This document shows, piece by piece, positions 19,556-27,897 of a stretch of 47,272 nucleotides of DNA. Numbering within the stretch: position 1 is the stretch's first letter; each line of letters begins with the position of its first letter. Below the pieces are notes generated by a model, which ran no database searches, was not told the origin of the DNA, and saw nothing but the letters and a program-made list of their open reading frames with translations. Position numbers and translations under genes: made by a program. The stretch lies in the sequence record SRR9188676_2819, one strand, 5' to 3'.

Positions 19556-20248
19556 TTACAGAGTTTTCAATACATATCCTAAGCCTGTTTTGGTATGAAT
19601 AAGTTTAGGTTCAAACTCACGATCTATCTTTTTACGAAGGTAATTAATATATACTTCAACGATGTTGGTACTGGTATCAAAATTCAAATCCCAAACATTT
19701 TCTACAATATCCATTTTGGATAATACTCTACCTTTATTTCTGAGCATATATTCCAGCAGTTCAAATTCTCTGGCTGTTAGTTCAATAATTTGTTCGTCTC
19801 GGCTTACAGTTTTACTTCTTAGATTCATCGCCAAATTGGCTTCTCGTAAAATCTCAGTACTCACCTCTTGCAGTTGGTTCGCACGTCGAATCAAAGCCTG
19901 AATTCTAGCGGTTAGCTCTCTAAATTCAAAAGGTTTAACCATATAATCGTCAGCACCTTCTTCTAAGCCTTTTACTTTATCATCTACCTCTCCCATCGCC
20001 GTGAGCATCAAAATCGGTGTCAGAATATTATTTTGACGAATAATTTTACAAACCTCAAACCCATTCATTAAAGGCAAATTGACGTCTAACAAAATCAAAT
20101 CATACGTATTATTAGTAGCCAAACTAGCACCCATAAAACCATCGTAGGCGGGTTCGATGATATAATTCTTTTTCTCTAATCCATTTCTCAGACTATCAGA
20201 AACCCTTTTATCATCTTCGATGAGTAATATTTTTTTGCTATTTTCCAT
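19556..20248 (-). CDS. OmpR/PhoB-family response regulator (CusR-like)
   Basis: LLIEDD, LLDVNLP, GADDYMVKPF, LTAREFELL, VEVYINYLRKKID. Confidence 0.95.
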   Translation of the reverse strand: MENSKKILLIEDDKRVSDSLRNGLEKKNYIIEPAYDGFMGASLATNNTYDLILLDVNLPLMNGFEVCKIIRQNNILTPILMLTAMGEVDDKVKGLEEGADDYMVKPFEFRELTARIQALIRRANQLQEVSTEILREANLAMNLRSKTVSRDEQIIELTAREFELLEYMLRNKGRVLSKMDIVENVWDLNFDTSTNIVEVYINYLRKKIDREFEPKLIHTKTGLGYVLKTL

Positions 20249-20253
20249 AAAAC

Positions 20254-20497
20254 CTGTAGGTCGAATTGCTAATCAAAACCGTAAATCGGGTTTCTAAGCC
20301 GATGAAGAGTTACATTGCGGTCGTTCACAAGGATGAATTTCCCAAAAAAATTCTTGTTTAGAAAGTTTTGGGGTAAGTCGGGTTGGAAACCCGACCTACA
20401 GTTATTATTTTACTAGATGCCTATTCAATCTTACTAGATGACCATTTCATCAAGTATTTTGATGGTAAAATGTTCTCGGATTGGAAATCCGAGCTAC
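20254..20497. repeat. Cluster of GTAG-family REP sequences (REPIN/BIME-like)
   Basis: Minus strand GTAGGTCGGGTTTCCAACCCGAC (20377-20399) and GTAGCTCGGATTTCCAATCCGAG (20475-20497); degenerate plus-strand copies at 20256 and 20281. Confidence 0.75.
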
Positions 20498-21777
20498 TGG
20501 ATTTCTTGTAAGCTTTCGTAATTGGCTTGTAAAATGCTTGCGATGTGTTCGTCTGTCAAGGCTGTTGAAAGGAACATGGCTTCGTATTGTGATGGTGCTA
20601 AGTAAATTCCTCTTTTCAACATGGCTTGGAAGTACTTTCCGAATGCTACGGTATCAGAAGTTTTTGCATCTTCAAAATTATTTACGGGCTTGTCGGTAAA
20701 GAATAGCGTAAACATTGAACCAACATGATTTAAGGTATAATTCAAGCCTAATTTATTCATGTTTGCTTTCATTCCTTCTGTTAATCTTGTGCCTACTTCT
20801 TCTAAACGTGTATAAACCGAAGGTGTTTCGTTTAGGTGATTCAACATTGCTAAACCTGCTGCCATTGCAATTGGGTTTCCTGACAATGTTCCTGCTTGAT
20901 ATACAGGTCCTGCTGGCGAAACACAATCCATGATTTCTTTTTTTCCGCCATAAGCACCTACTGGCATTCCACCGCCTATAATTTTTCCCATTGTCGTCAT
21001 ATCTGGTATAACACCACAACGCTCTTGGAAACCTCCTTTTGATAAACGGAAGCCTGTCATTACTTCATCAAAAATCAAAATGATTCCTTCTTTATCACAA
21101 ATTGCTCTTAAACCTTCCAAGAAACCTTCAACGGGTTTTACCAAACCCATATTTCCGACTACGGGTTCAAGAATGATACAAGCGATATTTCCCTTATTGG
21201 CATCTACCAAGGTTTGAACGGCTGCTAAATCATTGTAAGGAGCGGTTAAAGTATCGTTGGCTACGCCTTTGGTTACGCCCGGTGAATCGGGACTTCCGAA
21301 AGTCATTACACCAGAACCTGCGGCAATTAGAAATGAGTCGCCATGTCCATGATAGTTTCCTTCAAACTTTATCATTTTATCTTTTCCAGTATAGCCACGA
21401 GCTACTCTCACTGCCGACATCGTTGCTTCTGTTCCAGAGTTTACCATACGTACTTTTTCAACCGATGGAATCATTGAGCAAATCAATTCTGCCATTTCTA
21501 CTTCTCTACGGGTTGGCGCTCCAAATGAAAAACCACTTTGAATGGCATCTGAAACAGCTTTTTCTACTAATTCATTGGCATGACCTAAAATCATTGGTCC
21601 CCACGAATTAATTAATTCAATGTATGAATTACCATCTTCATCATGTAAGTATGCACCTTTTGCTGATTTTATAAAAATTGGGTTTCCTCCTACCGCACGA
21701 AATGCTCTCACTGGCGAATTCACGCCTCCCGGAATAAAGTTTTTAGCTTTTTGAAAAAGTTGTTCTGATTGTGTCAT
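20494..21777 (-). CDS. hemL: Glutamate-1-semialdehyde 2,1-aminomutase
   Basis: PGGVNSPVRAF, VNSGTEAT, FDEVMTGFR, GKIIGGGMP, YQAGTLSGNP; probable start ATG 21777. Confidence 0.97.
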   Translation of the reverse strand: MTQSEQLFQKAKNFIPGGVNSPVRAFRAVGGNPIFIKSAKGAYLHDEDGNSYIELINSWGPMILGHANELVEKAVSDAIQSGFSFGAPTRREVEMAELICSMIPSVEKVRMVNSGTEATMSAVRVARGYTGKDKMIKFEGNYHGHGDSFLIAAGSGVMTFGSPDSPGVTKGVANDTLTAPYNDLAAVQTLVDANKGNIACIILEPVVGNMGLVKPVEGFLEGLRAICDKEGIILIFDEVMTGFRLSKGGFQERCGVIPDMTTMGKIIGGGMPVGAYGGKKEIMDCVSPAGPVYQAGTLSGNPIAMAAGLAMLNHLNETPSVYTRLEEVGTRLTEGMKANMNKLGLNYTLNHVGSMFTLFFTDKPVNNFEDAKTSDTVAFGKYFQAMLKRGIYLAPSQYEAMFLSTALTDEHIASILQANYESLQEIQ

Positions 21778-21794
21778 TGTTTTTGTTTTTGTGG

Positions 21795-22016
21795 AGAAGC
21801 AAGAGACAAGAAGCAAGATGCAAGAGAAAAGACATAATTTTTAGATTATGTATTAGAGATTAATAATCAAATTATGATTGATAAATCTTACTTTATAGCT
21901 TTTTATTTCATCAATTCTCAAATCTTGTTTCTTGCATCTTACCTCCTGTATCTAATATCTCACTTCTTTCCTCTTACTTCTTGAATCTTGTTTCTTGTAT
22001 CTAACATCTTGCTTCT
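21795..22016. repeat. Head-to-head heptamer arrays (CAAGAnn x5 and TCTTGnn x15) with a 10-bp terminal inverted repeat
   Basis: Exact 7-bp phase over 21800-21832 and 21916-22016; termini AGAAGCAAGA and TCTTGCTTCT. Confidence 0.85.
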
Positions 22017-22023
22017 AAAAAAC

Positions 22024-23631
22024 CTACTTCGCCAATACAAACTTAAAATTATCTAAAGTAGTAATTGGGCAAATTTGATTGTCTTGTGATTTGAAATAAT
22101 TAAAACCCATTAAAGAATAAGTATTGTTATAAGTAGCTGGCGTATCCAAGCCTTTACGAATGTTATAACCATTTTTACCGAATAATCTTCCCCAGAAAAG
22201 TGCCAAATCATAACCATGAAAAGCATAATAAGAAGGAATTACGCCATATTTCCCTAAATACTCCTTACGAAAACTATCTACTTCTGGTTTATCATTATCA
22301 ATAAATTCTGGATTGATACAATAGATTTCTCTTCCCGACAAAGTACCATTGCTTAAATTATAGGTATTAAAAGCCTCCGCAGTGGTAATAAGCGGAGCCA
22401 TTATTTCTTTTTTATTCAAAGCCGTAATCATCGAAAGTCCCGCTTTTTTATCAGAGGTTGACATAAAAATATGACTTACTTTCTTTTCAGGTAATTTACT
22501 GATGATGTCCTCGGAATAAGATTTAATTTTTTCAAACTTCACTATTTCGTATCCGATTTTTTCCATTTGTTCACGATAGCTTACCGCCATGATAGAATCG
22601 TTCTGAACATCTGAATAATAAATAGCGGTATTTCTTCCCATGAATGCTTGTCTGCTTACAAAATCTGCTGCTTTAGTAGCTTGCATCACCAATGAAGGTT
22701 GTGCTAAAAAAGATAGATAATAATCATTTAAAATCTTTTGATTGTTCGACATCGGGTTCACAATCGGAATCTGATTAGCATCACAATAAGCTGTTGCAAT
22801 TTTATTGGTTTCGGTATAAAGTGGCCCAACCAATAAATCCATCATCTGAAAAGAACGATTATTGACTAATTCAAGCATTTCATCAGGCTCGTTTGTCATG
22901 TCATAAACAAAACAATTCAAGGTAATTCCTTCTTTCAATAACTGATTTTTTGCCAATTTCATACCTTGATATAAATCCAAAGCATACTGATTTCTTCTAA
23001 TTTTATCAGCACTCATATTGGCAACTTCAACAGGCAATAACAATCCAAAATTCAAATAACCTTTCGTTGTTCTTGATTTTGTAACACCTGCTGAAGTAGT
23101 ATTAATGACGATATTTTGTTGAACTTTATCCGACAAAATAGTTTCGTTGGGAAACTTCTTAGATAATTCTTGTACTAATTTAGAATTGTCAATCTGACGG
23201 ACATAAAATGTTTTCATTTCCGTCAAATCATTTTGTAGGGAATCGGCAGGGATTTTCTGAGCAATCGTAAAAGCCTCAGCGTACTTTTTCTCTTCAAAAG
23301 CTAACATGGTTAACAAAAAGTTAATTTCAGCTTTATCAGCCCAAGTGGGGTGAGTCACCATTAAACTCTTCAAAGTAGTTTTCGCTACAGAATATTCTTT
23401 CAGATGAATCGCACTTAATGCCGAAAAATAGAAAGAATTAGGTACTAGTACAGTTCCTAATTGATTATTGGAGAGATTCGTGAAGGCAATTTTAGCTTTT
23501 TCGTACTCGTGGTTTTTATATAATTCTAATGCTTTTTTGTAAGCTAACTCGTATTCAGGAAGCGAATTTTGTGCCTTCCCTACTTGGAAAGTAAACAGCA
23601 GCAATAAAATCCAGATAAATCTATTTAGCAT
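22024..23631 (-). CDS. TPR + type-1 periplasmic-binding-fold protein (LpoA-like)
   Basis: Signal peptide; N-terminal TPR helices; GLLLP, DLLVGPLY, AFHGYDLA. Confidence 0.75.
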   Translation of the reverse strand: MLNRFIWILLLLFTFQVGKAQNSLPEYELAYKKALELYKNHEYEKAKIAFTNLSNNQLGTVLVPNSFYFSALSAIHLKEYSVAKTTLKSLMVTHPTWADKAEINFLLTMLAFEEKKYAEAFTIAQKIPADSLQNDLTEMKTFYVRQIDNSKLVQELSKKFPNETILSDKVQQNIVINTTSAGVTKSRTTKGYLNFGLLLPVEVANMSADKIRRNQYALDLYQGMKLAKNQLLKEGITLNCFVYDMTNEPDEMLELVNNRSFQMMDLLVGPLYTETNKIATAYCDANQIPIVNPMSNNQKILNDYYLSFLAQPSLVMQATKAADFVSRQAFMGRNTAIYYSDVQNDSIMAVSYREQMEKIGYEIVKFEKIKSYSEDIISKLPEKKVSHIFMSTSDKKAGLSMITALNKKEIMAPLITTAEAFNTYNLSNGTLSGREIYCINPEFIDNDKPEVDSFRKEYLGKYGVIPSYYAFHGYDLALFWGRLFGKNGYNIRKGLDTPATYNNTYSLMGFNYFKSQDNQICPITTLDNFKFVLAK

Positions 23632-23713
23632 ATTTGAAAGTTTGAGTTTTACAAAGATAATAAACTTTGTATATTCACGATTGTATCAATTACTCATCAA
23701 AACTAATTTCATA

Positions 23714-24169
23714 ATGAACATTCACTGGTACCTCAAGCATTTCAGAGACTTAACTACAATCGAATTATACCAAATTCTACAACTTCGTAATGAGGTTTTT
23801 ATTGTTGAACAAAATTGTCCTTTCCAAGATTTAGACGATAAAGACTTAATTTCTTTTCATTTTATTGGCTTTGATACCAGTAGCCAAAAAATTGTAGCCT
23901 ATACTCGCCTAATTGCACCCGGTATTTCATACGAAGAAGCCTCGATTGGTAGAGTAGTTACTTCTCCTCTGGCTCGTGGCGGTGGTTTTGGAAAAACTTT
24001 AATGCTCAAGTCAATTGAAATGATGGAAGAAATCTTTGCGGGTAGTCCAATCAGAATCGGTGCACAATTATATTTAAAGCAATTTTATGAATCTTTTGGC
24101 TTTCAACAAGTTAGTGAAATTTATTTAGAAGACGGCATCGAACATATCGAAATGTTGAGGAATGAATAA
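23714..24169 (+). CDS. elaA: ElaA-family GNAT acetyltransferase
   Basis: LRNEVFIVEQNCPFQDLD, IGRVVT..ARGGGFG, AQLYLKQFYESFGF, EDGIEHIEM; probable start ATG 23714. Confidence 0.9.
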   Translation: MNIHWYLKHFRDLTTIELYQILQLRNEVFIVEQNCPFQDLDDKDLISFHFIGFDTSSQKIVAYTRLIAPGISYEEASIGRVVTSPLARGGGFGKTLMLKSIEMMEEIFAGSPIRIGAQLYLKQFYESFGFQQVSEIYLEDGIEHIEMLRNE

Positions 24170-24319
24170 AACAAATCCGTATTTTAGCACACAAAAAACG
24201 CAACAACATTTCGAAAAAAAGCTTTTCAAATCAACTATTATTTGACCAAAAACAAGATTCAAACCTTGTTGGATAAGTATTAATCACTGTTCCGACAAGT
24301 TTATATTTTATACAAATTC

Positions 24320-26437
24320 ATGAATAAAACACAGCTTTCTATTATTGCCAAAACCGTTGGCGTAAATCAAACACAAGTTCAGAATACAATTAATTTATTA
24401 GAGGAAGGTGGAACAGTTCCGTTCATTGCACGATACAGAAAAGAAGCAACGGGAAGTTTAGATGAAGTACAAATCCTTGATATTAAAGAACTTTTAGGCA
24501 AACTCAAAGAAGCTGATAAACGCAGAGAAGGCATCATAAAATCCATTGAAGAACAAGGAAAAATGACGCCAGAATTGTTAGAAAAGCTTAACAATGCTTA
24601 TTATTTACAAGAACTAGAAGATCTTTATTTACCATATAAACAAAAGCGTAAAACAAGAGCAAGTATTGCAATTGAAAAAGGTTTAGAGCCTTTAGCAAAA
24701 TTGATTTTTGAACAAAAAGAGGCTAATGTGCTTAAAAAAGCAGAAGCATTTTTGAATGATAAAGTAGCAAATGTAGAAGAAGCCTTGCAAGGTTCAAGAG
24801 ATATTATTGCAGAATGGATTAACGAAAATGTGGAGGCAAGAAATGCGGTTAGAAAAGTATTTGAGCGTGAAGCAATGGTTTATGCCAAAGTAAAAAAAGG
24901 CAAAGAAGAAGAAGGAATCAAATACAAAGATTACTTTGATTTCTATGAACCTTTGAAAAAAGTACCTTCACATCGTTTATTGGCTTTGCGTCGTGGCGAA
25001 GAAGAAGGATTTTTAAGCGTAAGTATTTCTCCAGAAGAAGACAATGCTTTGGGAGCATTAGATAGAATTTTCTTGAAAGGCTTACCAGATGCAAAAAAAA
25101 TCGTGGAAGATTCAATCACAGATTGCTACAAACGATTGATGAGACCTTCTATTGAAAATGAATTTGCAGGTTTTTCAAAAGAAAAAGCTGACACCGAAGC
25201 CATTAAAATCTTTGCGCAAAACCTTCGTCAGTTATTATTGGCTTCGCCACTTGGTCAGAAAAAAGTATTGGCTATCGATCCCGGTTATCGCACTGGTTGC
25301 AAAACTGTTGTATTAGATGCACAAGGAAATTTATTGCATGATACAGTCATTTATCCTTTCGACAAGTCTATTGAAGCACAAAATACTGTTTTAACAATTG
25401 CAGAAAAGTATCAAATTGATGCCATTGCCGTCGGAAATGGTACAGCAGGAAGAGAAACTGAAGATTTTGTCAAGAAACTAGCTTTCAAAAAAGTACCTCA
25501 AATTTTTGTAGTTTCAGAACAAGGTGCTTCCATTTACTCCGCCTCTCCTATCGCTCGTGAAGAATTTCCAGATAAAGATGTAACAGTTCGTGGAGCGGTT
25601 TCTATTGGAAGAAGATTGATGGACCCTTTGGCAGAATTGGTAAAAATCGACCCAAAATCAATTGGCGTTGGGCAATATCAACATGATGTTGACCAGTCGA
25701 TGCTAAAAGGGACATTGGATACAGTCGTTGAAAGTTGTGTGAATGCCGTTGGCGTAAATTTGAACACGGCATCAAAACATTTATTGAGTTATGTTGCTGG
25801 ATTGGGACCATCTTTAGCTGCTAATATTGTAAAGTATCGTCAAGAAAATGGGGAATTTAAATCTCGTCAGCAAATTAAGAAAGTAGCTCGTTTAGGTGAA
25901 AAAGCATTTGAACAATGTGCAGGTTTCTTGAGAATTCATAATGCAGAAAATCCTTTGGATAATTCAGCAGTTCATCCAGAAACGTATCCAATTGTTGAAA
26001 AAATGGCTAAGGATTTGAAGTGTTCTGTGAAAGATTTAATGAGTTCTGCAGAACTTAGAAAACAATTAAATCTGAATGCTTATGCCAACGACAAAATTGG
26101 TTTACTGACACTTCAAGACATTTTAAAAGAATTAGAAAAGCCTTCACGTGACCCACGTGAACAATTAACAGCTTTTGAATTTGATGTAAATGTAAAGAAA
26201 GTAGAAGATTTATATGAAGGAATGGTACTTCCGGGTATTGTTACAAATATTACTGCTTTTGGTTGTTTTGTAGATGTTGGCGTAAAACAAGATGGTTTGG
26301 TGCATATTTCCCAACTAGCCAATCAATACGTTTCCGACCCAAATCAGGTAGTGAAATTACAACAACAAGTACAAGTTAGAGTAATGGAAGTTGATATCGC
26401 CAGAAAAAGAATTGCTTTGAGTATGAAGGCGGTTTAA
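24320..26437 (+). CDS. tex: Tex transcription accessory protein
   Basis: TVPFIARYRKEATG, DPGYRTGCK, IDPKSIGVGQYQHD, C-terminal S1 domain. Confidence 0.96.
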   Translation: MNKTQLSIIAKTVGVNQTQVQNTINLLEEGGTVPFIARYRKEATGSLDEVQILDIKELLGKLKEADKRREGIIKSIEEQGKMTPELLEKLNNAYYLQELEDLYLPYKQKRKTRASIAIEKGLEPLAKLIFEQKEANVLKKAEAFLNDKVANVEEALQGSRDIIAEWINENVEARNAVRKVFEREAMVYAKVKKGKEEEGIKYKDYFDFYEPLKKVPSHRLLALRRGEEEGFLSVSISPEEDNALGALDRIFLKGLPDAKKIVEDSITDCYKRLMRPSIENEFAGFSKEKADTEAIKIFAQNLRQLLLASPLGQKKVLAIDPGYRTGCKTVVLDAQGNLLHDTVIYPFDKSIEAQNTVLTIAEKYQIDAIAVGNGTAGRETEDFVKKLAFKKVPQIFVVSEQGASIYSASPIAREEFPDKDVTVRGAVSIGRRLMDPLAELVKIDPKSIGVGQYQHDVDQSMLKGTLDTVVESCVNAVGVNLNTASKHLLSYVAGLGPSLAANIVKYRQENGEFKSRQQIKKVARLGEKAFEQCAGFLRIHNAENPLDNSAVHPETYPIVEKMAKDLKCSVKDLMSSAELRKQLNLNAYANDKIGLLTLQDILKELEKPSRDPREQLTAFEFDVNVKKVEDLYEGMVLPGIVTNITAFGCFVDVGVKQDGLVHISQLANQYVSDPNQVVKLQQQVQVRVMEVDIARKRIALSMKAV

Positions 26438-26446
26438 TTCTATCGA

Positions 26447-26544
26447 GACTTTAGGACTTAGGACTTTAGGATTAAAGAATCAAAATTCCAACATCCTAAA
26501 GTCATTAAGTCTTAAAATCCTCAAGTCATTAAGTCCTAAAGTCC
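26447..26544. repeat. Head-to-head octamer arrays (GACTTTAG and GTCCTAAA) with a 14-bp terminal inverted repeat
   Basis: GACTTTAGGACTTA (26447-26460) matches TAAGTCCTAAAGTC (26530-26543); 8-bp phase over 26493-26544. Confidence 0.85.
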
Positions 26545-26553
26545 AAAAATAAA

Positions 26554-27081
26554 ATGAACAACCTAGAAGTATGGATGCGTGGACCAATTGCTGGATTGGC
26601 TCCATTATTACAACCTGTGGCTCATGCAATTTTGCAGGCTCGTGAAGAAGTAAATCTGATGATGATTGATTTTCCAGAAGAATTACTTTGGGAGTCTCCT
26701 GCGGGTTGTGCTTCAGTGGCTTTTCATTTACAGCATTTAGCGGGTGTGTTAGATAGACTTTTTACTTATGCCAACGACCAGATATTGAGCGAAGAACAAT
26801 TAGAATTATTACAATTAGAAGCTGTAAAAAATCAATATAATGTAAACGTAAAGTCATTACTTACACGTTTTAACAATCAAGTGAACAAGGCATTGACACA
26901 GTTAAAAAATATAGACGAAAAAACATTGTTGGAAGCAAGAGGAATTGGAAGAAAACGAATACCAACGAATGTATTAGGCTTACTTTTTCATGCTGCAGAA
27001 CATACGCAACGCCATACTGGTCAACTTTATGTTACCGTAAAAATGTTAAAAAATGCTCAAAACGGGACAATCCAGCTTTAA
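26554..27081 (+). CDS. DinB/YfiT-family metal-dependent protein
   Basis: SVAFHLQHL and HAAEHTQRHTGQ histidine triad. Confidence 0.85.
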   Translation: MNNLEVWMRGPIAGLAPLLQPVAHAILQAREEVNLMMIDFPEELLWESPAGCASVAFHLQHLAGVLDRLFTYANDQILSEEQLELLQLEAVKNQYNVNVKSLLTRFNNQVNKALTQLKNIDEKTLLEARGIGRKRIPTNVLGLLFHAAEHTQRHTGQLYVTVKMLKNAQNGTIQL

Positions 27082-27104
27082 CAAATTTATATTATTGATT
27101 CCTT

Positions 27105-27659
27105 ATGAAACAAAACTATTTGAATACTTTTTATCGTTTTTCTGTACTAATTGGTGTAGTTGTATTGTTAGATTCTTGTAAATTATTTCGTAAAAAAGAA
27201 GATAATAACGTTGTGGTTACTCGTCCAAAATCAGTGCCTTCAACTAATACTTCTAAAACTTACAATGCCAAAACAATCAATAGTTTAATTTCAATTGCAA
27301 GAAGCTATACAGGTGTTCCTTACCGAGCTGGTGGAACAGATAGAAATGGGATGGATTGTTCAGGTTTGTTATTTTGTGTTTATAATCAATTTGGTTTTAA
27401 AATTCCTAGAATTTCCTATCAGCAATCAGATTTTGGCAAAGAAATATCAATTGATGACCTTCGCCCTGGTGATTGGGTGTTTTTCGTAACCAATAAAGGA
27501 AACGTAAGTAATATTAATCACGCTGGACTAATCACAGAATTGAGAAGCAAAACAGAAGTAATGTTTATTCACTCCTCCTCTTCAAAAGGTATCAGAGAAG
27601 ATAATCTTTACAGTAAATATTGGATGAGTTGTTTTGCCAAGGCAAGTAGGCCGTTTTGA
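27105..27659 (+). CDS. NlpC/P60 (C40) peptidase lipoprotein
   Basis: Lipobox LDSC; GVPYRAGG, DCSG, PGDWVFF, HAGL, FIHSSSS. Confidence 0.93.
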   Translation: MKQNYLNTFYRFSVLIGVVVLLDSCKLFRKKEDNNVVVTRPKSVPSTNTSKTYNAKTINSLISIARSYTGVPYRAGGTDRNGMDCSGLLFCVYNQFGFKIPRISYQQSDFGKEISIDDLRPGDWVFFVTNKGNVSNINHAGLITELRSKTEVMFIHSSSSKGIREDNLYSKYWMSCFAKASRPF

Positions 27660-27897
27660 GATAATCTTTATAATTTGTAATTTAGAATTACTTTTTAAAA
27701 GTAAAAATGACATCTTGTTAAATAAGGTATATTAACAAATAAAGTAATCTTTTTTGAATGAGTTTGGAAGATTTCACAAATTGACTTAATAATTAATATC
27801 CTATAAAGAATTAAAGGGCTTCAATATCTCACTTTTATGATAATTGTCACCCTAGTATAAACCTATTAAAATTGATACTTTTAACTCTTATATTATA

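Noticed and set aside
21795..22016. CRISPR array
   Set aside because: 7-bp tandem units without unique spacers; no cas genes
657..23713. Extended N-termini given by the ORF track (657, 9104, 15416, 21816, 23642)
   Set aside because: Upstream alternative starts run through intergenic or repeat DNA; downstream ATGs match the family N-termini
24265..24299. CTTGTTGGA/TCCGACAAG hairpin before tex as a riboswitch or terminator
   Set aside because: Short stem with a 17-nt loop, no good U-tract and no recognisable aptamer
27599..27670. AGATAATCTTTA direct repeat 60 bp apart
   Set aside because: One copy is coding and the sequence is AT-rich; no associated element
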